Assembly (NCBI RefSeq): GCF_006345805.1
Contig: NC_042998.1
Coordinates: 118,358,001 to 118,422,000, forward strand
Source: Octopus sinensis
Taxonomy: Eukaryota
Length of the DNA stretch: 64,000 bases
Reading direction: 5' to 3'
Each line of letters starts with the position of its first letter. Position 1 is the stretch's first letter. This document shows positions 52,398 through 64,000 of this stretch, piece after piece. The notes under the pieces were generated by a model, which did no database searches, was not told where the DNA came from, and worked only from the letters and a program-made list of their open reading frames with translations. A program made the translations under genes and the position numbers.

Positions 52398-55300
52398 TAA
52401 AACTTAGAAAACTTAGATACAACTTAGATATGTTTCGACCAGAGATTGGTCCAGGCCATGTCTAACTTAATAGCACCACCTGATAGGATTATTCGAATCC
52501 TGTTTAAGTCAAGTTTTGTTCAAGTAGTGAGTTCTTGTTGGGTGAGTTGTATCCAATTATGGGTGGCTTGTCTGGTATTCTTTGAAGGAATCTATCCAGA
52601 CTCTGTTTGAAGTTGATGGGATCCTTTTCCTCTTTGATCTCCCTCGGGACAATGTTAAATAGGGCAGGGCCTGTTGAGGAAAAGAAATTATGTTGTAGTG
52701 TACATGTATGTTGTGATCTTGAATTTGGCAGGGGACGTATAGCCCGTGGTCCAAGTCTCGGATGAACCTTGAAGCTAATGTTTAGGTCGTTTGGGCAAAG
52801 TTGGCGGTATATTTTCCACATCGTACAAATGATGTACCGCTCACGGCGACGCTGGTGGGAGTAAAGTTTCAAGGCTTTAAAGCGATCCCAATAGTCGAGA
52901 GCAGCCATGCCTTCAATTTGTTTAGTGAGAGCCCTCTGGGGTGACTCAATTCTGGAGATGTTTTGTCTTGTGTGAGGAGACCACAGTGGGCAGCAGTATT
53001 CAAGGTGTGGCCGTACAAATGATGAAAAAAGTGGTATGATGACACCTCCTTGTTCTCTGGACCGGACAGTTCTTAAGATCCAGGAACTCATCCTACGAGC
53101 TGTATCGACCTTCTTGTTGATGTGTGCACTCCAACTGAGATCGTCATCAACAATTACACCCAGGTCTCTGATATTGTTAGAGGCTGTGAACGGTTCCCCT
53201 GAAGGAAGAGAGTATGGTTGTTTTAGTGAGGAATTTCTTCCAAAATGCATCAGCTCAAATTTTCCCTCATTCAGTTGCATTTTGTTTCTGTCTGCCCATT
53301 GACTCACAGCATATAGGTCAGACTGGAGTTGAGTTCGGTCTGCTTCTTCATTGACGATTTGCTGGAGCTTAGTGTCATCAGCGAATATTTTCACCTTGCA
53401 GTGATGTACGACACTGGAAAGGTCGTTTACGTAAATTATGAAGAGTAGCGGACCCAAAACAGTTCCCTGGGGAACACCGCTGGTGACTTTTGCTGGGTTT
53501 GAGTGGACTCCATCAACTACAACATGTTGTGTTCTATTCGCTAGGAAATACTGAATCTAGTGTAGAACTTTTCCACGGATTCCAACATTTGCCAATTTTG
53601 AGAGTAGGATGTTATGGTCTACCCTGTCGAACGCTTTACTGAAGTCAAGGTATATGACGTCAGAGTTCGAACCTGTTCCCAAGGCTTTGAGTACATCTTC
53701 AATGTGGTGTAAGAGCTGTGTTAGACAGTCCCTGCCACAGCGAAAGCCATGCTGATTTGAATTTAGGAGTTTGTGGGTCTCCAGGAAGTCAGCTATCCTT
53801 GATCTTAACACTCTTTCAAACACTTTAATGATGTGGGAGGTGAGTGAGATTGGGCGATAGTTGACTGCGAGGGATCTGTTTCCCTGTTTGAAAACCGGGA
53901 TGACCGACTGGGATAGAAATTTTTTCGGTATATAACCTGCGTCTAACGAGTTTCTCCAGAGGTTGGTCAGAGGGACTGCAAGTTGATATCTACATTCCTT
54001 CAGGAGACTGGCGGGAAATCTATCAGGGCCTACAGCGGAGTAATGTTTGACCTCATTTATTGCTGCTACGATGTCGGTGGCAGTGAAGGTTATGTCTGCG
54101 ATTTTGTGTTGGGAGTCAGCTTCGTTCGTTTCCCTCACATCAATATCAGTGGGAACACTGAAGACAGAGCAATATTGTTTCTGCAGTATTTCTGCCATTT
54201 CTTTAGCATCGTGTTGGGGAATGCCGTTTTCATCAATCAATGGCCCAATAGGTGAGACAGTGGTTCTATGCTTATTTGCATAAGAATAGAACACTTTTGG
54301 GTTCTGTTTGATGTTTTTGATTACCCATTGTTCCTCCACAGCTCTTTGATTTTCAATGGAGGTTTTCATGTTAGTCTGCAGATGAAGTTTTTCCAGCTCT
54401 AGTCTTTTCATTGTTGTTGAATGTGGATGTTGCGTGTGGGAATATTTTAATTGGTTGATTTTTTTGTTGAGTCTTTTGATGCACCTGATGAGTGTTTTTT
54501 TCTTTTTAGGGAGCCGGTTTCTGTTTGTGTTAGTAGATTTCTTGGGAGCGTGTTTAGAGCATGTGTCGGTGACAATGGTTTCAAAGTGCTGCCACGCGGT
54601 CTCAATATGAGGGGAATTGAGAGTAAAAGACCGGTCGATGGAAGACAGATCCTTTCTGATTGTTCCCCAGTCCGCTTTGTGGAAATTTATGTTGTCAAAT
54701 GGGTGCCATGGAGTGGGATTGGCTGGTTTGGCTTTTATACGTCGGGAATTAAGATTGCAGAGTACCATGTCGTGGTCTGAGAGGAGAGTTTTTTCGACTG
54801 AAATGCTGTGAACGTAGCCAGAGTGATTGGTCAGTACCAGATCCAAGATCGTTTTATTCTGTCTCGTTGGTTCAAGCACTAGCTGAGTCAGGAAATACTC
54901 ATCCATCAGATTAAAGAGCAGTTCTGCTGCTGCCCTATCTGATGTAGAGCACTTGCCTAACTTCGGAGTATTTGTGGGCCAGTTCACATGAGGGAGGTTA
55001 AAATCACCCATCACTACTATGTTTCCGGAGTGGTACTTCCGAAGGAAGGACTTGACTTTGCTAAGGCACTCTTCAAAGTACTTTAGAGGTGCCTGGGGAG
55101 GCCTGTAAAGACCAACAATGGTTATGTCCTTGGCTTTGTTGTATACTGATACCGATTCACAGTAGCCATTGGAAAATGTGTCCTTGGCATCAAGTGAAAA
55201 GGAGTCATGGATAAAGATGGCTGTCCCTCCCTTATTTCGGTCTGTGCGATCCGCACGAACAATGGTGAAATCTTTTATTTTCACCTCTGCGTCCATATGG

Positions 55301-55404
55301 GTGTTGTTCAGGTGAGTCTCGGTAAGGATAAAGAAAGGGAAGCAATGTGCCATTTCGGCAAGCCAACTCTCTATATATGGGATCTTCCATTTTTGGTCAA
55401 TAAT
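52398..55404 (-). mobile_element. Young, 5'-truncated CR1/L2-type LINE: APE plus RT in one frame, with a single in-frame TAG (53557-53559)
   Basis: APE motifs LTETHL, YRPP, GDFN, PTR, LDLVL and SDH; RT motifs NYRPISLTS, QHGFR, YLDFSKAFD, SGVPQGTVLGPLLF and FADD. The two listed ORFs are in the same frame (99 nt apart). Repeated (tctaagtt) 3' tail; candidate TSD tcataca at 52391-52397 and 55405-55411. Confidence 0.96.
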
Positions 55405-55411
55405 TCATACA

Positions 55412-55690
55412 CATTCATGCATACATATGTATGTCTGATATATATATTACATATAGATATGTAACAATATGCATGAGAATACCTACGTAAAGCAAAATAT
55501 GCAAATCTGCACATATACATACTTACATACCAAAAATACTCTGTTGTTGAAGTTGAAATTCAAATGAAGGAGCTTTGGATTTAGGTTGGAAACCGGCTTT
55601 TCTCTATTGGCAAGAAATCTTGAAATAAAATTGAACAATGACATACATACATACATACATACATAATACATACATACATACATACATACA
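55412..55690 (+). mobile_element. Isolated 3' UTR of the TACA-associated RLE LINE family
   Basis: Aligns with 10985-11260 (tagatatgtaac..., ctgttgttga.g.tgaaatt, ggatttaggtt.ga.accgg) and ends in (TACA)n. Confidence 0.8.
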
Positions 55691-55699
55691 TACATTAGA

Positions 55700-56420
55700 T
55701 ACACACAGGCTGATTACTCTATCTTCACACATAATTGCTGATTCTATGTTGTTCCTCACTGCCAATAGCAAAAGTCAGAAATGCTATTGGCAGTGAGGAC
55801 GGAATATTCATCTCAGATGAATATTCCGTCCCACTGCAGATCTGCATGCGTTGTTGTGCTGATGATAGAGGAAAGTTGTAAATTACTGCACTCTTCCAAC
55901 TGGATAGGTCTTCACACATCGACACTCTTCCATTGCCAGAAGACTTTCAGTAGATTGAATGCCATATGATGTCACCATAAAAGGACAGCTGTACGACATT
56001 TTATTTATAGGGATAAACGCTTGTGAAACATGAGCACCACTTTCTGTGTCTGTATGATCAGTAGCGAGTGTCAAGCCGAAGCGAGATGACCTACAATCAT
56101 GTGGAAGGGCAGGTTTTACATCAGTGTCTCTCTCCTTAAATGATGTTTTAACAGCCGTTAGGGATCCATCACTCTCTGTGGTTTTACTGAGCGGCCTGAC
56201 ACTAACCAATTTTACACATGCATCCCAGCGTTCAAATGCATTGTTATTACGTATGCTAGTTAACCCGTAGCTGAAAGCCCGGCAGGTCCAACTACTCGGG
56301 ATGAGAGTAGACTGGGCGACAATAGTCACTATGAGGTGGTGTCACACTCCTCAAAATCTTGGAAGTCAGTAAACAGAACGCCACTATCGGATGCAGTTTA
56401 AAGGCAAAATCCAGGACTAA
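55700..56420 (-). mobile_element. 5' fragment of an RTE-like LINE (5' UTR and decayed APE start)
   Basis: GC-richer leader followed by remnants WQWKSVDV*RPIQLEE, LQWDGIF and LAVRNNIE...DRVI. Confidence 0.45.
55753..55831. repeat. Two overlapping perfect hairpins (18-bp and 17-bp arms)
   Basis: 55753-55770/55782-55799 and 55797-55813/55815-55831. Confidence 0.95.
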
Positions 56421-58115
56421 CATGCATACATATGTCTATACATACATTCATTCATACATATGTCTGAGTGGACACGCATATATATGTGGAAGTGTATAAG
56501 GAGGATCTTTTAATTGGCTTATTATGATCTGAGATCAAGTTTATAGAAACAGTGGGTTGATATAATAGAATGTGTTATCTAGGTTTTACGGACTGGCAGA
56601 TTAGTTAGTAATGATGAATTTCTCATTGGTGCATGCAAAAAAGAAGTGTGCATAGAAAAAGATGCGCAATAAAGTTTATTTGTCCTAAAAACTATTATTG
56701 ACAATTCTCCAATATATATGTGCCTCATGTTTATAAGGACGCATAAATTCCGTAGATCTAGCCGTAAGTATGAATACGTTTGTGAAATTATAAAGTAAGA
56801 CTTAAAATCCTCGTTACTTGCGATCAGTCAAATTTGAAACCACGAAAATACATAACACTTCTGATATCTAAAATCTCATCTAACATTGGATAAATTAGTA
56901 ATTCATGCATTTAAAAACTGGAAAAACAATTATGCATGAATATTTTCCGTTTTCTTTTTTATGTTTTTGAAATGTGTAATTCATAAAAAAATTGGAAGAA
57001 GAATAGACTTTTTGAATGCTATTGAATATGAGGAACTAGCATTTGCAAAACCTCAAACACCTTTGAAGTAAATTCGAAAACATAGAGATTACGCCTGAAA
57101 GTGAATTTCATACTTTCAAACAATATCATATTGAAATAATTTGCATAACTGGGAAGTTATTTACATGGAATATTAAATGCATTATTTATCTTACTATCAC
57201 TTTCCCCTCTATCTGTATTTGTGTCTATCACTATTTATCTTGAAATATCTTTCCCTCTAGCGCTCTGTCACTCTTCCATTCGCTATATTTGTTTTTGTGA
57301 GTCTCTATGTGTTCCTCTCTGTCATTTCCTCTATCTCAGCCTCTCTGCACATGTCTCTGTGTTTCATTTACTCCTTCTTCCATGCAAAAGTAAGCTTTTA
57401 TTCTTATTTATAGATATAATCCATTCAAATATAGATATTTGAAAATGGCATACTGTAATTATCAAAGCGATTCTGAATATTTCACTTTCAAACAGATAAG
57501 CATAAAAGTATCAAAGAAAATAAAATAGTCGAAAATCAGAAAACTGACAAGTATATGTTTCCATGGTCGTTACTCACAATTTGCAGCTATAAGAAAATCT
57601 AGCCAAATACGGGAGTGCACACAAATTCATTCTCTTATCCAATGAGTTTCCAGGCAATATTACAGAAAGTGAATACACAAAACTATTATCAGTGTGCATG
57701 AAGCTTGGCACGTATCTCAGGCGTGAATCACATAACATTTTATCCAGAAGGATGAATGGCAAAAGTAGTAGTCATCTGCCAGAAATTCAGGATAAGCATG
57801 CATGATAAATACAGATGTCGGTAAAAGAAAGAAAGCGAAAGAGATGGACAATTACTAATGGAGATCTAAATAGAGGAAAGTAGAAAGACCCTGAAATGAC
57901 AGTACAAAGTGAGGAAGGGAGAGAGAAATGGGTCGGGAAAAGGGGAAAAAGAAAAAGGAGAAAGAATGCAGAGAAAGATAATCAAATGTGTGTCATTCGG
58001 TTTATTTGGGAAGCTTGGCTTGAGGAAAATAGAAAAGAGAAGCTGTTTAAGTTGCTGAGGACATGATTTAGCATAAAAACGCCTCATGCGAGTAAATGAG
58101 CCACTAGATATATAC

Positions 58116-58169
<54 letters not shown>

Positions 58170-58175
<6 letters not shown>

Positions 58176-58452
58176 ATGGCACCCTCTCCATACACAGCGC
58201 AAATGTCGCGAGAAGCTTTTGCGGCCATAGAACCTTGATTAAAAGCAAAAAGAACGAGGTGTCGAAAATGCTCATTTTTCTTAACTTGACATTCATGTTA
58301 ATGATCTGAAAATAAACAAAAATTAACTAAAATTAACTAGAAAAAATAAGAAAAAAGATTCCAAAATGATTCAAAAATAGAATTCTGGAAAAAATAGATT
58401 CTAAAATTCCAAAACTTAAAAAATTGGCGGGATCTTAGTTGCCAACCCAATA
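58170..58452 (-). mobile_element. Mariner 5' fragment (TIR and transposase N-terminus)
   Basis: TIR tattgggttggcaactaag; EHFRHLVLFAFNQGSMAAKASRDICAVYGEGAI; truncated at (TA)n. Confidence 0.8.
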
Positions 58453-58514
58453 TATATATTGTGTGTGCGTGCGCGCACGTTTATCTCTGTCTGTGCATGC
58501 ATGTGCGCGCGCGC

Positions 58515-58558
<44 letters not shown>

Positions 58559-58759
58559 TGTGTGTGAGGACTAAGAAGAATATCATGAGACTGCACAAAG
58601 TATGAAGGATTTTAAATTTCCATTTCAGTTAAGTGACAACTCTGAATAAGTAAGGTACTTACATAAAACCAAACATAAGAGAAATTCAGAAAAACGAGTT
58701 CGACAGGGTGGAATTGAAATAAAGGATTATATTCCTCTTAGTAGATTAGAGCAAGTCAA

Positions 58760-59110
58760 AAGTTTTGCAAAAGTTTGTTCAAGCTATAACAAAACCTAGG
58801 TCCGAACTATATGTTAGGTGAGTCCACTGCAGAAGAGCTTTCTTTTTGTTAACCAATTCTGGCTATTCTGCCACACAATGGCATACATTTGCTCCAGCAG
58901 TTCCGAATACATATTGGTATCGATTGTTCGACCGTCCAGAACGAACTCGTAGTGAATTATCCTCTCATAATTCCACCAAACGTAAAGCACCACTTTGAGT
59001 TCAAAATATTCATGTTTGGCGACTGATTTCAGAAGCTGGCCCTTTCTTAACCACTATTTATACACGTTAGGATTGCAAAAAAAATGTCTTACTCAGATTA
59101 ATACTTATTC
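58760..59110 (-). mobile_element. Decayed mariner catalytic-domain fragment
   Basis: KVVLYVWWNYERIIHYEFV...TIDTNMY and HLTYSSDL. Confidence 0.75.
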
Positions 59111-59385
59111 CGATCCATGGCTAGCTTTCTGCACTAGCGACGCTTCATCAATGAAGTGAAGGTGGAAGCTTCGGTGTAAGAGTTCTTCACCTCAGAGGAC
59201 AAAACCCGGTAATAATGTAGGATCAAAGAAATGGCAGAAAATTGGTCTCAGACGGTACAACACGATACCTTATATTTTGAATGCTATGATGCTTTTGTTG
59301 TAACTTGATAAATAAAGCATATACGTTACCAAAATATTGCAAAATATTTAAAAATTTACTATCAGCATTAGTATTATTGTAGCTG

Positions 59386-59790
59386 GAAAAGCGGCGTGTT
59401 GGCAGAAACGTTACCACGCTGGGCGAAATGCTTAGCGGTATTTCGTCTGCCGTTATATTCTGAGTTCAAATTCCGCCGAGGTCGACTTTGTTTTCATCCT
59501 TTCGGGATCGATTAAATAAGTACCAGTTACGCACTGTGGTCGATATAATCGACTTAATCCATTTGTCTGTCCTTGTGTGTCCTCTCTGTGTTTAGCCCCT
59601 TGCGGGCAGTAAAGAAATAGGTATTTCATCTGTCTTTACGTAGAGTTCAAATTCCGCCGAGGTCGACTTTGCCTTTCATCATTTCGGGGTCGATGAATTA
59701 AATACCAGTTGCGTACTGAGGTCGATCTAATCGACTGCCTCCTCCCTAAAAGTTTCGGGCCTTGTGCATAGAGTAGAAAAGAGTATTATT
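59386..59790 (+). mobile_element. Dimeric family C SINE
   Basis: The core gagttcaaattccgccgaggtcgactttg occurs twice (about 59462 and 59644). Confidence 0.85.
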
Positions 59791-60416
59791 GTAGCTGAAA
59801 CAATAAGTATCACAGTTATTGTTACAGTTATTATCGTTACTATTATTAAGGTTACAGTCGTCACATTTATAATATTTACTAGTGTTCAGGTATATGTAAG
59901 GCCGAGGCTCAGTCTATTTGCTGCAGAGATGAATGATCAAAGATCATGCGTGATGGAGAAAGGAAACTTGATTGTGGACGTATTAAATATAGAGCGCGAT
60001 CTTCGTCGGGGTGGGAATATATCACCTCATAAAACAATGGCGATGCGCCGTTATTTTCATACGGAAATTTTCGGCGGGGTTGATTACCCTAGTATAAATG
60101 AGTCGCTTGTTTTCCAAATCCATTATCCATTATTGTATTCAGAGGTATAACTGGAGTCATTGTTATTATTTGCAGAATATTTAGAAAGACAATGAAAATG
60201 GGAATTATGCTTCGTATAAATGTCATGGCATCATGATTAATAAAGATATAATCCCTACTCTTGATAGTAAACATATAAGCTTTAATTGAATTATTGTTAA
60301 GCTGCAGTTAATCGTATGTGGCCTAAGTTACTCCAAAGTACTTTTGAGTCTAGTATTGCGAATATACAATCCTCTACTAGAGAGGCCATTAGCAGGTAGA
60401 CCCTGATTATGACCTT

Positions 60417-60500
60417 TTAAAAAACAGTATACACGAAAACAACCAGTAACACTAACAAAATACACGGCCCTAACACACAACTTGCAATAAGAATATTGAG
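60417..60500 (-). CDS. Candidate terminal exon encoding a transmembrane helix (LNILIASCVLGPCILLVLLVVFVYTVF*)
   Basis: Acceptor gtgtctgctcttccggtattag; strongly hydrophobic 27-aa frame. Confidence 0.3.
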   Translation of the reverse strand, partial: LNILIASCVLGPCILLVLLVVFVYTVF

Positions 60501-60879
60501 CTAATACCGGAAGAGCAGACACAAAACCACTCACTTTATCATCATGTAAATTTCGAGAAATTTCCATTCACCAAAATATACAGAGGTATCCAAAATTCCC
60601 ATGATGTACTTTACATATTCACGTGGAATTTCACTCGTTTATTCATCAAACGTTTGAAAACTCAGAATATGACTCCGAAAATGTTGAAACATATCCTGTT
60701 TTCAACTTATTATATTGAACTGTGTTTGTCTTATCGTTATGTTACGTGACATAAAGAGACACAAGATACATCCCTAGGTTTACAGTCGTTTAAAAACAAA
60801 TACAGATACACATGTATACATACAAACATACACACCTACATACAATCATACAAAGCGCATACACACAGTTACACACACA

Positions 60880-61030
60880 CACACACCAAATGGCTCCTTC
60901 ATAGTTACGTTATGAATACCTTGCACAATGTATTGGTCGAATAGGGGCTATAATTATAAGACACTTGCCACAAGTTCTACACTACTGAATCGAGCCTGAA
61001 ACAATGATTTTGCAATAGAGATCTTAATTA
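60880..61030 (-). mobile_element. Decayed SINE (family A 5' part)
   Basis: ttggtcgaataggggctata...acacttgccacaag...actgaatcgagcctgaaac resembles family A. Confidence 0.5.
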
Positions 61031-62164
61031 TATAGCTATGTGCTATTGTAATATTGACATCAACCAAGTTGATCATATTATTCGTATTGTATTCATAATA
61101 CTAAAGACGAACCTAAAATAGACAGTCTCGCAATGCTAGAGATATCTGCAAAAGTCTGCTTCACATCACAGCCGAAACTCATTAACAAACATACACATTA
61201 GATTTTTGTTTGAGAATAACATTTGCCCAGAAAACAATGCAACGAAAGGTTTGATTATATATTCGCCAAATTAGGAAGATTTAATGATAAACACCAATAA
61301 CAGTACCTGCAGCAATAAGAACCGAATAATACTCAATATATTCCTTTAGAACCAACAGAAATGCTCCGGGCCAGGAACGGGGTCTCTGTATTTTAAGGGA
61401 GGAAACGCTTATAAAGAACATGGCCAGAATAATGCTTCGTTGTTTATCTTTCTAGCATTCCTTTTTTCTTTTCTTTTTTTCACCTATAAGAACAAAAGTC
61501 TTTCTCCTCAGAAATGGAGAATTCTTCCGTCATATGAACTAGTTTTGTTATGAATAGTTCATTAAAAGAAGTCATACATAACGGCCTTATTTAATTTATC
61601 TTAAATTTTCAGTCAAATGGTTCTTCTACATAATTCTCTTAAATTTTTAACGTTCAATTTCAAACGACATCAGATAGAAAGTGAGAGACAGAGATGAGAG
61701 AGGTATAAGGAATGACCACTCGAAATAATTTCCCGTAGTCAGATTAGGTTTCAATGAGTCTTTGCGTATACAGCGGAGCGTGTGTTGGCCAGAACAACCC
61801 TCAGGATGATTGTTAGTTAGTTTGATTAAAGGAGTTTGGACAACAGAAAAGCGAATGAGTTGCAGAGACATACAGATATGTAATTAACTGCAAATCCATG
61901 CTTTTATGTATTTGTATCTTGCTGAGTGTAAGTTAGCGACTCAGCAACTAAGCACGAAGAAAACTACTGGACGTAAAAAAATGAAAAAATATTGCGAGAA
62001 ATAGCATGACATAAACACATCCGATGGGGCCTCAATATAACCACAATACAGACTAGACATTACTAGACAGACAGAAACGTGATGCTACCGTTTCTTAAAT
62101 CATCCAATTAATAAAGAATATGAAACCTGAAATTATTGATTAGGTGTCAAAAATCTTTTCTAAT

Positions 62165-62340
62165 ATAGCCACGACGCCTGAAGTCTGTTTTGTAGGGAGG
62201 GGTTAGTTGATTATATCAACCCCAATACTCAGCTAGTACTTTTCTATCCCCAATGGATCAAGGACAAAGTCTAATTCGGTGGGATTTGAAACCAGAACAT
62301 AAAGTGATGGAGGAAATGCCACGATGCATTTTCACCGACG
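62165..62340 (-). mobile_element. Decayed SINE (family C)
   Basis: Reverse complement of the family C core. Confidence 0.65.
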
Positions 62341-62790
62341 CGTTTTGGGGGTCTAAAGTGAATTTGAACAACGGAAAAGCTTGGATTACATTTAACTAGA
62401 GACCCGAAAAGACCACATTTCTTGAGATATATTTGTAGCATTTACCCTGTTATCATTAGTTATATAAGAGAAAGCATTAACAAAAATATCTGATTATACA
62501 CATCTTTTTAATTATTAAAAACAAAGAGTTTATTATATTCTAGTTTACACGTTTCGTGTATTAGTAAATCAATTCTCTTAAATAAAGTATTATCTCGATA
62601 ACGATCTGTGTTATGTTTGTATGTTAATAAGTGAGTATATTTATAAATAGGAATGAACAAAGAATAAAACAAACCACACATTTCACTTGGAGTAGATATA
62701 AATCTATACGAATCGAAAACGTATACATATAATGAATATAAATATGCACATACATGCACATATACATATACACATGTACATGTATATATT

Positions 62791-62846
<56 letters not shown>

Positions 62847-62885
62847 TATATGTACGAATGAATTTTTGTATGCATGTATATATAT

Positions 62886-62923
<38 letters not shown>

Positions 62924-63646
62924 TTTGTATATAGGATATATCCTTTTGCATATAGGATATTTTGTACAAATATAATATAAGAAACAAATACAGTGCTAAT
63001 AGTATTACTGTATTATTTTTTTTTTGCCGAAGTGTAGATAATCCATATTATCTGCGGATAATTTCAAAATCGGATTGTGTATTCGAAAGTACAAGAAATC
63101 AATGATAAACGATCTTGTTCATAGGTTTTATATTCAATTTTTAAATACAAATTTCAACTATCGGAGAGTAAAAGTATTGACACCAGTGAAATAATATAAA
63201 ATCATTCGTCAAGTATTATAAATCAAGATTTTTCAAAATCATTAAACAATGAAAAATATTTAATCTTTGAAAGATTTGTTGGAAGACAAACTTAAAGTAA
63301 AAGATACAACAAATATATGGAATTATCATAAAATACGAACTAACACACACTACTCTAAGCGACATTTTGCATATCCGAAATTTAAATACCGAACTGACAG
63401 AATTCATAACTCTGCAATAATATTGCACTCATGTCAATACCATACTGCTTCAAAGACGGATACTAATAGTTGTTTTCTTTTGCTCTTTTGTAATAAGATC
63501 ATAACTAATCACAGAAAAAGACATTTAAGAAATTCGCATACTTATAGTGTAAGTAAATATATGGGTTTTTTGTAGCAATCAATACAAAAATTCGCACAAA
63601 ATATGAAGATTTTAATTAAATCTATGCACACATATGCATATAAGGC

Positions 63647-63702
<56 letters not shown>

Positions 63703-64000
63703 CTGTGTGTGAATGTGTGTGTATGTGTGTATGTGTGTGTGAATGTGTGTATGTGTCTATGTGAGTGTGTGTATGTGTGTACATAAACTCAAACTGACAC
63801 AAATATTATTGATATAGTTTACGTGGTGCTATACTACTACTCATGCATACAGGTGCACATACACACATACTTACATACATACAGATACATACATACATAC
63901 ACACATACTTATATACATACAGATACATACATACATACATACATGCATGCATACATACATACATACATACATACATACATACATACATACATACATACAT
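63647..64000. repeat. (TA)n, (TG)n and (TACA)n microsatellites
   Basis: Directly visible. Similar tracts throughout the window explain most listed low-complexity ORFs. Confidence 0.95.

Noticed and set aside
52420-52470. Hairpin plus GAAAC-atat-c-ta at the CR1 3' end as a hammerhead
   Set aside because: No CUGANGA and stem III cannot close; better explained as the LINE 3' recognition stem-loop.
56230-56420. HDV-like ribozyme in the RTE 5' leader
   Set aside because: Hairpins are present, but I could not build the nested double pseudoknot by eye; needs an RNAMotif or Infernal search.
57590-57815. Plus-strand 70-aa frame ENLAKYGSAHKFILLSNEF...
   Set aside because: It looks protein-like but has a weak acceptor, no recognisable homology and no linked exons.
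60089-60274. GPCR or Cys-loop receptor TM segment (IRSIIPIFIVFLNILQII)
   Set aside because: A single short hydrophobic stretch with no neighbouring helices or family motifs.

Overview
This is AT-rich, microsatellite-dense animal genomic DNA. The SINE, LINE and microsatellite set looks like a coleoid cephalopod, probably Octopus; that is an inference from recalled repeat types, not a database match. No long intact host ORF is present. The window is dominated by mobile elements: R4/Dong-like restriction-like-endonuclease (RLE) LINEs (one near full length at about 6.5-11.3 kb), a young CR1/L2-type LINE with one in-frame TAG (52.4-55.4 kb), a Helitron helicase remnant with an intact 3' end, a decayed Penelope-like element (PLE), Tc1/mariner relics, RTE fragments and several tRNA-derived SINE families. 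The most notable observation is a set of minimal type I hammerhead ribozyme (HHR) motifs with self-complementary stem III. Three lie in a near-identical 505-bp tandem array (34.1-35.5 kb) enclosed by (TA)n tracts and inverted repeats, i.e. a candidate retrozyme or PLE terminal-repeat array. Three unrelated HHR-bearing repeat families occur at 44.9, 45.7 and 51.2 kb, two of them in fold-back palindromes. Short phase-compatible exon candidates suggest one or more unidentified host genes, mainly on the minus strand, at low confidence. All folds, alignments and splice phases were read by eye.
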